Shown here piece after piece: positions 12,791 to 24,750 of a stretch of DNA of 64,000 nt. How positions within the stretch are numbered: the stretch's first letter is position 1; each line of letters starts with the position of its first letter. Location: the NCBI RefSeq assembly GCF_016433145.1, contig NC_058133.1, forward strand, positions 284,302,202-284,366,201. The letters are read 5' to 3'. The DNA is from Gracilinanus agilis (Eukaryota). Under the pieces are notes generated by a model that had not been told where the DNA came from, did no database searches, and saw nothing but the letters and a program-made list of their open reading frames with translations. Position numbers and translations under genes: made by a program.

Positions 12791-13470
12791 AATGAAAATT
12801 TTAAAAGGTAAGTATAATTAATAACTTTCACAATAAGATATTTAACCTTAGCACCCATAAACATCCAATTATTAATGTGTAGCACTTTGCAAAAATGGAG
12901 ATAATAATACTACTTACCTCCCAGGTGTGTTGTGAGGATTTAAATTGATAATATTTGTAAAGTACCTAGCATAGTACCTGACACATTATAAGTGCTAAAT
13001 GAATGCTTGTTTCTTTCCTTCCATCTTCAAGATTCCACAATTTGTTTCAAAGCTTACAAAAGGATAAACAACTAAAAATGTATAAGCATACACCTACAAA
13101 GTCAATTCTATACTTTAAGATATGGCTTGTTGCTTTCAAGTAGATGAGGAACCAAAAGAAAAGTTCTAGGAGCAAAACACTGCTCTACATCAATGGCTCT
13201 ATGTAGGCTCAACACCAGTAAATCTGGCTGATAGTGACATAGTTAGCAACTAAATCAAATTAACAGAAAGAAAAGTCTGCCTACAGAATGAGTGAATGCT
13301 TTGAATATGCATGTAGGTAAATGACTGCTCAGAGTCCAAGAGAAAACAATGTGAATGAGATAATAATTCGTAATTTTGTATATACTAAAAACAATAATAT
13401 AGCAGAATGAAAAAGTTAATGAAGTAGGATGTTTTAAATGTAAATAATAATGAAAAAAGAAAGTCCATAT

Positions 13471-13740
13471 TGTTATACTTTTATTTTCACAGGAAAAAAA
13501 GAAATCATATTTTTGAGTATTGGGTAGGAACCTAATTCATTAAGACTCTCCTTTAATGAATTTCTTTCTGATCCGAGTCTCCGTTTCTCTCAGAATTAAT
13601 AATGGGCCAGTTTCCTTTATTCATTATTATAGTCAGTTTTCAGAAACTACTTCATCTTTCTCTCTTCCCTTTTAAACTTCCAATAACTTGGGAGGTGTCA
13701 GGGAAAGTTGTAGCAGGGCTTAGAGTAATTTTAAATGACA
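13471..13740 (-). mobile_element. LTR fragment related to the 8914-9369 LTR
   Basis: Shares gggaggtgtcaggg(g/a)aagttg(c/t)agcag...cagggctta...taattt(c/t)aaatgaca with 9290-9369. No TSD found. Confidence 0.6.
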
Positions 13741-13989
13741 TAGTACTATATAATGAATGGATTTACCTCAAAACAATATGGCAAAGTAGAAATATACTAC
13801 AAGTGAAGTCAGAAGTGACTTAGACTAAAATCCCACTTCTACCATTTACATACCAGGTGAATATGAGCAAGTCACTTCATCTCTATGTGTCTCAGGTTCC
13901 TCTTTTGCAAAAGGAAGGTCATAGTATATATTTCACAGGATTGTTATTCTAATGAAATGAAATGATGTATGTAAAGTATAAATAAGCCT

Positions 13990-15050
13990 ATATCCCTATA
14001 TAACAGGTTTAAAAGTTTGCATTTTGGTAATGAGGACTCATGGCCATGGTGGGCAAGGGGAGCAGTGGCAAGGGGAGGAAGATATAATGTGGCGTGATGA
14101 ATAATACAAAGTACTATCAGATATTTAAGAAGGTAACAATTTTTGTTGGGGAGGTTAGAAACCAAGTAATATTTTATGGAGAAGATGGATAATAGAGTAA
14201 AACTATTCAGAGAAGTCAAGGAGAATTCAAAGCTGAGAAAAATGTCTCTGAATTTGGTGACTCCAAGGCTAATGATATCCTTGGCAAGAGTAGTTTACAT
14301 TGATATGGAGGGAAATCTGATGAAAGAATTAAGGAATGAATGGATGGTGAGAAAGAAAAACAAAGAAAGGAAGAAAGGGGCAGAAAATTCAAGGGAAGAC
14401 TCCTGTGAATCAACAGGGTAATTTAGCCAGTCTATGGAAGATGACATTTGGCAGTCAATGATGGCTCTGGGTGGAAAATCATGTTGTGAAATATGTCGAT
14501 AATATAGATGGAAAGGTAGACTTGTTGTTGGTATATAGCTAAATGACTAGGCTCTACAGCCCTGGGTAGGCTCAAGTGTCAGCTTATAGGCCAAAATACT
14601 ATCTGACTCTCTGAAATCTTGGTAAAAACAGTAATTTAGGTTTATTTATGTCTAGTAAAAGAGGAAAGGAGAAGGACCAGGGAAAAAGGAGTCCCTAATC
14701 TTAAAAATCTAGATTCTCCTCCCAATTCCTACGGGCTCCTCACGGAACCGTCTCCGAAGTTTTCAAGCTACACTTCACTACACTCACTAACTAAAATTCC
14801 CACACTATATAATCTATCCTGACCTGCTGGTCCTCAAATTAAAGATAGTCAAGTTAAAAGTCCATCAGAGTAGAAAGGGTTTGGATGGGATGGCTGAACT
14901 GAAAGTCATGATTGTGAAAAAAACAACAGGGAAAAAATAGTCTGGTTGAACAGGACCTGCACAGAGAGGTGGAAAACCTGGAGCACCCTCAGCAGATGAC
15001 TGCAGACAATTACAAAGAATAATTCATGGAGAGTTGGAGGCTCAAAAAGC
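13990..15050 (-). mobile_element. Old L2 fragments with an LTR-like insert (~14522-14860)
   Basis: Purine-rich L2-like text (gaatttggtgactccaaggctaatgatatccttggcaagag). The insert has a minus-strand AATAAA (plus tttatt near 14641). Confidence 0.5.
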
Positions 15051-15289
15051 AAGTAACCAGGCTCTCACTGGAAAGTGACAGGATAAAAGTGAGAACCAAA
15101 AGAAAATGACAGAAGCCTCAAGCAACAGTTGCTGGCTCCCCTGCTCATATCAAACTATCAACTGCTATACTTGGACTTCCTACTTCTGAGATAATTTCTG
15201 AGATGTTGCAAAGGGACAAATTTGTGGGAAAAAACAACCACAAAGTAATTGCTAGAAAAAAAAAATTCGAAAAATATAACACATATAAC

Positions 15290-15560
15290 TACTATTAGAT
15301 GAAAAGGCAAAATGTATCAATTATGTAGATGAACTAGCAAAATTAAAGTTAAAATGGAAGGAATATGTGAAAATTAGAAATAATGGGCAACTAAGTCTTC
15401 CTGAAGTGGAGGACCAACATAAATTTCAGTTGGTGTGGAGAGAACAAGGATTAAATGATGTCATAACAAAGATGTGGAAACCTTTACCAGGGAGAAGAAA
15501 AAGAAGGAACTTAAAAGACTTGGAAATCAATTAAGAAAGTCATGGAAAACCATGTCCTGG
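15290..15560 (+). mobile_element. Degraded RTE-like LINE 3' ORF fragment
   Basis: ELAKLKLKWKEYV...W...KRRN-like residues resemble the RTE C-terminus. Confidence 0.4.
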
Positions 15561-16056
15561 AAATCCCATGTGTACATCACCCTTAAAGAGCAAAATGGTC
15601 CTATTCCTTCACTGCCAAAGAGGAAATCAGTTCTACGGTTCAGAAACCCCTAAATATCCCAGGACTCAAGATATAGAGCAAATTATGCTTTTTACCCAGA
15701 AGAAATCCAAAGGACATCTGTAAGAAAATTTTCTTGGTGATTGGTAGATAATTTAATCTGTAGCCAACGTTTTCAAAACCTCATTAGGTCTAATGGTTTT
15801 GAAGACTCTGAAGATAACGATGATGATGGTGAGAATGTTCTTACTGCTACAGATCCTCCAGGATATCTTTTTATTGTGTTATTTCAGCATATCAGTTGTT
15901 TTAAAAAATCACCTCCAAGAAATAAGCTATATCAGATACAAAACTTCTATGGCATTTTTCTGACTATTAATGCTAAACATTACTTTGTACAATGCAAAAG
16001 AATTAGGGTCAGAATCAATATTTGGCTTATCAGAAGACTTTTCTACTCTTACCTGC

Positions 16057-17003
16057 TCTAAGAAAGGAAAGAAATTCCTTGTATGTATGTATATTTATTT
16101 ATTCTCCTTGATTAAGAATATTGCAGCAATAAAGAATATAAGGATTATTTTCATGTAACAACTAAAAACATTAAGTGTGGTAGGTAATTTAGCAGACTGA
16201 TAAGTTTTCGTTGAATATGTGAGTGAGAATGACTAAGTATCATGTAACAAAAACCATTTCTGATAGCAATCTTGTGTAGTAAATCTTTTGCTAACTTAGA
16301 AAATGACAATTTATTATATGAACACATAGGTTTTTTAATCACCTTTAGAAGTTTAGATGCATACATGATGAGATTTGTTGTTATTCAGTTGTTTAAGTCA
16401 TGTCAAAGTGAAACAAAAAACCTTGTTTGGGGTTTTGTTGGCAAAGATCCTGGAATGGTTTGGCATTTCCTTCTCCAGCTCATTTTACTGATGAGGAAAC
16501 TGAGGCAAAGAGGGTTAAATGACTTGCATAAGGTCACACAGCTAGTAAGCGTCTGAGGTCAGATTTGAAATTATACTAACTTCAAGCCCAGTACTCTATC
16601 TTTTGTGCCACCTAGCTATCCATGATGCAACACAGCAAATATATTTTATGTGTGAAATGTTTCCCATAGGAATTAGCTTAATAAAGCATATCTTGCTTTA
16701 ATATAGCATTTTATTAATCAAAATTATTATAATTAGATTTATCTGACTGATTATTTTTAAATCATTTTATAGTTGTATTTATAGAGGATGGAAAAGTGGT
16801 CTTGGCAACATCCCTATGATGTGAGTGCATAAATCTCTATCCCAGGCTATATACTCAAAAATCTGATATTCTTGACATGAATTTGCAGAGGATGGTTTTG
16901 TGCATTTTGCAGAATTTTGTTTTTAGCATAACTTTAAAAATCACATTTGTAACAAAGCAATTAAAGATGTAACAAATTTGCCAAAATCAAAGTAATATGC
17001 TTC
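16057..17003 (-). repeat. Right arm of ~1-kb inverted segmental duplication
   Basis: Reverse complement matches 9586-10567, e.g. gcatattactttgattttggca ... aatcaaggagaataaataaatata ... ggaatttctttcctttcttaga. Confidence 0.92.
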
Positions 17004-19079
17004 TTCAATTAAAATTTGTTTCTGTCAGGCTATACAGTATTCATTGCATTAGAGGTAAACCAGTATTGGGAAGGGAAAAGTGGGATAGAAAGATTCTATG
17101 AAATGGGAGAAAACTGAGAATATTTGCAGTTAGAAGAGTAGAAAATGTAAGTGAATGAACACATTATCCAAGAGATAGAATAATTAGTGGAGAAGATTTC
17201 AAGGAAGGATCAAGAGCATAGATGGAGAGGTGAGTCTTAGAAAGAAGGATAAGCAATTCTTCTTACACAAATATGCATGTAAGCATGTGTGTGTATGTGT
17301 CTATTTAAAGTTCTCTGAGGGAAAGGGTAGAAGCATTTATTAAGCACCTGCAGTGCCAGGCACTTTTGCTATATACTTTACAAATATTTCATTTGATCTT
17401 CACAACAACCCTGAGTTAGTTGCTATTAGGTCCTCAATTACAGTTAAGAAAACTGAGACACACAGAGGTTAAGTGATTTACCAAGGATCACAAAGCTAAT
17501 AAATGTCTGAGGCTATTCTTGATTTTAAGACCAGCACTCTAACCACTGAGCACTTCACTTTCTATAATGACTCAGTTGTGAAGGTGTGAAGGAATGGCAG
17601 TTTCTTTTGAAATTTAGGCACTGGAACATTTGAAACATCAACCCATTTATTATCATTATGTCCTGTGAGATATACAATCTAATTTCAAAATGCGATGAAG
17701 AGAAAAGGAGGGCTAGACAGAAAAACAGGCAACCACACAGTCTTGAAAACTACAAGTTAAATATCTAAAAAAGAAAAACAAGTGGTACATAATAGAGATC
17801 TCTGCAGCTTCTCACACAGTCATTTCTACTTCATTTGATATTTGTTAAGTTCAAAATTAAATTACATTTGAAGGAGGAAAAAAAAGAGATTGACAAGATC
17901 ATAGCTCTAGAACAGGAAGAACCTTGGAGAACATCCATTATAATCTTCTTTTTATAGTTGTTGAACTGAGCCCCATTGAGCTTAAATAATTTACCCAAGG
18001 TTATGTAAGTAGAAAGCCATAGAGTCAAAATTTGAACCGAGATCCATTTATTCCAAGTAGCAGGGCCCCGTTCTACTACCCTTCCTACTTGATTTTTAGT
18101 TAGGGTAACTAAGGCACAGAGAATTTAGTGACTTACTCAGTAAAAGTTAGAAATAATTAAGTGATTCCAATTTCTATATTCCACCCATCCAGAGCTCTTT
18201 TTGAGGTTGTTTTACACTACAATTCTTTAAGGAAAAGCCAACATTTTGATAAAGTGTAAGACTAAGGAGAGGTGGGCCAGGATTGCTGACCCCCAGGAAA
18301 GATATTTCCAATTAAAAGACTTCTGGCAACTGAGGGAACTGCCTGGAGAACTCAAAACACTGCTGGAAGTGCTTTGTGAGAATAAGTAGAAGACTAAGCA
18401 AGAGTTCACTCCACTTGGGGTTCTGAGATGCCATCTATTTCTGTCACAGTTTCAGCTTGACTCCATTCATCTTTGATCCATGCAGTAGACAGTGAAATTT
18501 CTGCACCACAGTCTGTGATCAAAGCAATATTTGAAGAAGGATAAAAATGAAGGCTCCTCTAGGCTAAAACGGTTATGTCAGCCATGTCCATCTCAGTCAT
18601 GCTTTTGAATTTTCCATTCCAATCTGATACAGTTTGACACAAAGTCTTTTAGGGCTACTAGAATCCACATATATCTGGCTGCCTTTTCCATAGACTTGGT
18701 TTCTCAAGAAACTTTTTTCCTAGACATGTATTAATGCAAATATTTGAGGATTTAGAACCTAGGAAAAGATTGTAGAGATCATCTACTACAAAACCTTTGT
18801 TTTACATAATAAATAGGTTTAGCATGGGAAAATGACTTATGATATCAAGATTATTTTCTTTTTCATATTTTGATTTATCACTAACTGAATCTGTAATTGC
18901 CTCACCTCAAGGACTACAGTTATTTCACTATACTAAAGCTGTTCGGAAGATGGGCATGGAGATGAAATTAATTAAGTGCCACCACTGGTATGAAAGATGA
19001 AGCTAGTGTACCAACATTCATCTGTACTTGTGGAAGAGAATAAACCTAACTGGTTCACCAAGGGATGGAGTACATATTC

Positions 19080-20450
19080 TCATTAGCATTCTTCCCAAGG
19101 GTATCATCCTTGTCCAGGCTCTCATTACCTGCGACCACCACCTTGGACTATTATAATAGACTCCTGACTAGTTTCCTTGTCTTCGGTTTCATAACCTTCT
19201 ATCCAGCCTCTCCCTTTTTATTAGATACTTTGAGCTGATGTCCCACAAACATCACCTTAATCTCTACATATTCCAAACTAAACTACCTTTTCTCCAAGCC
19301 CTCCTCTCTTCCTAACTTCTCTATTACTGTGAGGGCTTCTACCATCTTCCCAGTTACCCACATTCACAACCTAAGTGTCATCTTTGACTCCTCACTCTTT
19401 CTCACCTCCCATATCCAATCAGTTAACAAGTTTTGTCATTTCTACAATTCTCTAATATAGAATATTTCTCTAATATGATTCTTTTTCTCCTAAGACAGGG
19501 TTAACTTATTCATCCAGATCTTCATCACCTCATGCCAAGACTATTATAGAACTCAACTGGTTGGTCTCCCTACCTCTAGTATTTCACCACTCTAGTCAAA
19601 TTAATATTCTTAAAGCACAGATATGACTAAAATACCAATACCCGTTGTATCATTCAATAAACTCCAGTGGTTCCTTCTCACATCCAAGATCAAATATAAA
19701 ATTTTCTCTTTGGCTTTTAAAGTCTTCCAAAACCTAGATTCTTCCTACATTTTTAGTCTTTTAATACCTTATTGCCCTCCATGTACTCTATAATCCAGTG
19801 ACATTTGTCTCTTACCTTTTCCTTGAACCCAGTACTCCATCTCCCAGATCTGAGTGTTTTCCCTGACTGTCCCTCGTGCTCGGAACTCTCTCCCACCTCA
19901 TCTCTGCCTTCTGGCTTTCCTAGATTCTTTCAAGCCTCAGATAAATTCATACCTTTCCCAAAAACTTTTTCAAGGTTCTCCTTATATGATAGAGCCGTCC
20001 CCATGAGTCTTTTTTCAATTTATCTTGTATATATCTTATCTGTACATAATTTTTTGCATCCTAATTCCCTTCATTGAGTACAAACTATTTTGTTTTGACT
20101 TGGTTTGTGTGGGTTTTAAAATGTTGTGGCCAGGGAAACTGCATCCCCCAGAATGCCCCAGGGGTCCCTCCCTCCTACTTCCTGGTGTGGGATTGGTCTT
20201 GAATGAACCAATCCCGTGCTAGGAAATCCACCCACCCACCCCACCCCTGGAGGGATTGAAAGTTGGAGAGAGGTTAGTCAGTTTCAGGCTGCTGGATTTC
20301 CGGTTTTCTTTCAATTAAAGCTTTACAAAGTTTTTTTTTAAAAAGAAAGAGCTTTTATTTTTATCATTTCATTTGGTTTGGAGTTTTGTTTTTTTTGGTC
20401 TTTCTTTGTATCTTTATCGCTATAGCACCATGCATGGAATATGGTAGGTG
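19080..20450 (+). mobile_element. L2 fragments with a truncated LTR-like insert (20106-20327)
   Basis: Pyrimidine-rich L2 3' text ending in atggtaggtgcttaataaat. The insert starts TGTG, ends TACA and has ATTAAA. Confidence 0.6.
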
Positions 20451-22689
20451 CTTAATAAATTATAATTGACTCACTATCTTTTTTTCCCCCACGACACCCG
20501 GGGAACACACTGCCCTTTATCCCACATCACTCCCTGACGGGAGTGGGCTCATTTAGCTCAGTTCTTCCAAAGTACTAATCTGGGCAAGATCACATCCAGA
20601 TGTGGCATGACTGCAGATAAAACTTTGTCTCAACTACCACTGAGCCAAATCCTATAAAACCCTTCCAAAGTCACTCCTTGCTCCTGGAAGCAAAAATGCT
20701 GCACTGGCTGCAAACTTAGGCTCTCAAATGCTGAGACAACGGAGAATCTTCCTGACTTTTCAGAATTCAAAAGATTGGCAACTCTTCTCCTTTCTCATAA
20801 AATGGAAAAACAACAAACAGAGGCAAATGACTGACTTGTTTCCCAGGGCCACATGGACTTAACAGAGTGAAAGCCCTAAAACTTCACAGCAGCCTCTCTC
20901 ACTAGGCTGCTATGAGTAAAGGAGTGCAATCAGGAGGATTGCTGCTGGCTCAGGCCAGTCCATGCTATTCAGCTAATTGAAAAGGGTTCATCCTAACTAC
21001 ATTGTTAGCAGACAAGAACTAGCTACGGAATGTCTCTGAGATATTTCCTATGACATAACAACTCTTCCAGAAGCAAGCTCCCCTGATTCACCACATAGGA
21101 AATTTTCATCAATCTAGCACATTCTCTAAGCCTGTATCTCTGAATTAACCACATATATAAATGTAAAATGTAAATATAGAGCATATATAATATGTATGTG
21201 ATGCATATTATACTTATAATATGTTTTTATATATACATACAAAATTGCTTGCATGCTCTCTACTGCATTACACTATGAGATCTTTAAGAAGCAAGGAGTG
21301 CTTTTTGTCTTTCTTTGTAACATTGACATTAAGCTCAAAGCCTGACATATAGAATGCGCTTGATAAAGTCTAGCTGGCTGACTGACTAGGTTGTTTTGAG
21401 TTTTTCTCTTTCAATTTTTAATTAAGAAAGGAGCTGGGTGAGAGGGAGGTGGGTGCAGAGTTGGCAGTAGTGATGCCAAAAATAAGAGTAATTGAAATAT
21501 TTTTAAATGTGCAATAGAGAAGAAAGGGGAATTCAGAAAGAAGAATAAATAAGTAGGAAAGTACTGAAAACAAAGTATGTAATTTATTATATATTTAAAG
21601 AATAAGGCAAGTAGTACAAAATGAAAATCCACACCTTTATACACAATCCTCTTTGGGGGAGTTGGGCTATTATGTATACAGAAATATTCTTCTTTGTATT
21701 AAGCTTAGAATAAGATAATAAGATTTAAAGAATTAAAAAGGGGTAAGAGGAAGAAAAGCCCAAAGAGAAGATAGAAAAGGAGTTGGAAGAGGCCTATAAA
21801 CTTAAGGCCTAAGAGTGAAACAAGCAGAACCAAGGAAATATATACAGCAACATTTTTTTGAAGTTTTGAAGTTTGAAGAATGACTTGTGTACGTCAACCT
21901 CCAAAGAAAGAACTAATAAACAGAAACAAGCAAGACATAGATAATTGCATATTTTCATCAAATAATATTTTCTCTTGGGCAGGGAGAGTAGGGAAGGAGG
22001 AAAAGAGTCATCTGGACATTTTAATATAATAAAGAAATGAACAAATAAATGAATAAATTTTAAATTTTAAAAAGGAGATGGGAGTATACCTAGCAAAATA
22101 AAGTGACAGAACAGTCAAAAAAGAATCTAAAGAAGAAAGGGAGAAAATATAAACAATATCAAATTATTATAAAAGTCAGGAGAATTTTAAAAATACATTT
22201 GATTTGACAAGAGGGTCACTCCTGTCCTCCCAGGTTATGGCTTGATGAATTTGGGTAGTCATTAATTCATTCAAAGAGCATTAAGTCCTTACTCTGGGCC
22301 AGGCAAAGTATTAAGCCCTGAAAATATAAATGCAAGCAAAAAGAGACAGTTCTTGCCCACAAGGAATTTACAGTTTAATGTGGAAAACAACATATAAAGG
22401 GAAGCAGAAAAGGGAGAGAAGGTGCACGCATAATGTAGAAATCCAGAGAAGAATAGGTGGAAAATTAAAAAGTGGTTGGCCTGGACACCCTCCTTAAATG
22501 GAAGTTCTAGAAGGAGATCTCTGCCTTCTAATCAGAAGAGCCCTAGGGGCAAAGGATATCAATGAGTATTAGTTGCAGGGCTGATGAAATTTTTCAGGAT
22601 AAAGAAATACCTGAGGGTTGAGGGAAAAGTACAGAGGAGTGCAGTCTGTTGAGATGAAATCAAGATTGAAAGAGGTTAAGAAAAAGTAG

Positions 22690-23235
22690 GTGGTACTACT
22701 AGGTCTGTATACCAAAGAGATAATTTTTTTAAAAGGGTGGGAAAAGATCTGTTGTACAAAAATATTTATATCAGCTCTTTTTGTGGAGGCAAAGAATTGG
22801 AAATTGAGGGGATGTCCATCAATTGGGGAATGGCTGAACAAATTGTTGTACATGTTGGTAATGGAATGCTATTGTGCTATAAGAAACAATAAAGATGAGT
22901 TTAGAAAAAACTGGAAAGATCTGCAAGAATTGATGCAGAGAGAAATAAGCAGAACCAGAAGAACATTGTATTGTATGATAACCAACTGTAAAAACTTGGC
23001 TACTCTCAGCAATGCAATGATTTGGGACAATCCTGAAAGACTTATGATAGGGAATGCCATCCACGTCCAGAGAAAGAACTGTTGGAGTTGGATGGATATG
23101 GATCAAAGTATATCTTTCACATCAGTGTATTTATGGTTTTATTTTAGGATTTTAATTTTGTATAGTTTGCTCTTACAATAATGACCAATATGGGAAATGT
23201 GTTTTGCATGATAATAAAAATAAAATTTATTTTAA
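22690..23235 (+). mobile_element. L1 3' fragment
   Basis: ORF 22690-23181 (LLGLYTKEI...CPSIGEWLNKL...) is the L1 ORF2 C-terminus, followed by 3'UTR and an A-tail. Confidence 0.9.
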
Positions 23236-24249
23236 AAAAGAAGAAAGAAAAATTAAGTGATGTTGTAATGCAGATAAATCATTTGTTCAAGGAGTTTGGT
23301 AGTAAAAAGTAAAGAAATAAGATTGAGAAGACAAAAGGTTTTGCTGTTGTTTTCAAGATAAGAAACAAGCTTCTACAAGTTTAAAGTTGAAGTAGAAAGG
23401 GCAAGGGGGAATGGAGTAGAATTACAAAATCTTGAAAAAGAAGCATGAAGAATGTTTATCAGTTGGAGGATCCCTCTGTTCATCCAAAGAACTGCGCAAA
23501 CAAAGCTCTTTCAGGTTCAAGGAATTTTGTGGGTCCACATTGATTCAAATCCATAGCTCAGAAGCTGACTGATATTTTCCTTTACTTGTCCCCACAAGAA
23601 AGCATTAAATTAAACCAGAAGAATTTAATGAAATAACAATAAGAACAATATCAGTAAAACATTCATAAGCTGAGAGAGCATGCTCCAATAGTACATACAC
23701 TCTGAGGGTTTTCAAAGTTCTGTTCCTCTATTTTTCAAAACCGAAACTATTTTGGCCTCTCATGTAAGTGAGCAGAAAGAAAAATTAGGTTGGTGCCAGT
23801 TTTATTATTAAAACCAAAATATTATCCTTGAGTTGTTTAAAAAAATTAACCACAAAAAAAAATGGGGCAGATACAACTCTTTGGCTGTTTATTCAAAAAA
23901 GATCTAGAGATTTAAGTGGATTGAAAGCTCAACATGAGTCAATATTATGATCTAGAAGCCAAGAAAATTAATATAATCTTAGGTTACATTAAGAAAGGCA
24001 CAGAGCCCAGAACTGAGAAGGTGATTAGCCTACTGTGTTTTTAATCTGCTTAGTCCCAGAAGGCAAAACAAGAAGCAATTTCTAAAAAGGCATCAAGGTC
24101 AGTATAATTTTGGCTTAAGAAAAAACTTCTTGATTTAAGATATACCAACTTCCTTGTTACTGAGGTCTTCAAAGAAAAGTTGGATAACCATTTGATGGGT
24201 ACTATTTTTTTGGTTTTGTTTTTTGTCCTTTTTAAAATCTTTAACATTA

Positions 24250-24750
24250 GTCTTTTTTATTTTGAGTTCTAAATTTTTTTACTTCCTTTAGCTCCTCTAT
24301 CAGCCATTGAGAAATCAAGCAACATGATACCCTTAATAATGTGAAATCATATACAAATTTTCATATTCACCATGTTATTTTTTAAAAGCAAAAAAAAAAG
24401 ACCAAAGAGAAAAAATATGCTTCAATCTCTATTCAGAGTTCATCTGTTCTCTGTGGAAATAAAGAGCATTTTTCATCGTGAATCCTTCAGAATTGTCATA
24501 GATCATTGTATTGATCAGAGTAGCTAAGTCTTTCACAATATTGTTGCTACTATCTACAATGTTTTCCTGATTCTGCTTATTTTGCTTTACACAAGTTCAT
24601 ATTCGTCTTCTCCGGTTTTTCTGAAACTATTCCCCTCATTATTTCTCTTAGCACCTCAGCTATCAAAATCATATAACACAAATTGTTCCTTCATTTCCCC
24701 AACTGATAGGTATTCCCTCAGATTCTTGTTTTTGGCCACTACAAAAAGAG
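24250..24750 (-). mobile_element. L1 3' fragment
   Basis: Reverse complement of the L1 3' region (gaattgtcatagatcattgtattgatcagagtagctaagtc...). Confidence 0.75.

Noticed and set aside
15741-16061. 106-aa plus-strand ORF with an acidic patch (EDSEDNDDDGE)
   Set aside because: It starts at TTG, has no recognisable homology and no plus-strand splice context. Kept only as part of the minus-strand terminal-exon hypothesis.
9586-17003. Inverted arms as long TIRs of a large DNA transposon
   Set aside because: There is no TSD, the arms contain a SINE and intron-like sequence, and the spacer has no transposase, so a local inverted duplication fits better.
22690-23181. 163-aa ORF, the longest N-free ORF in the track
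   Set aside because: It is the L1 ORF2 C-terminus running into 3'UTR, not a host gene.
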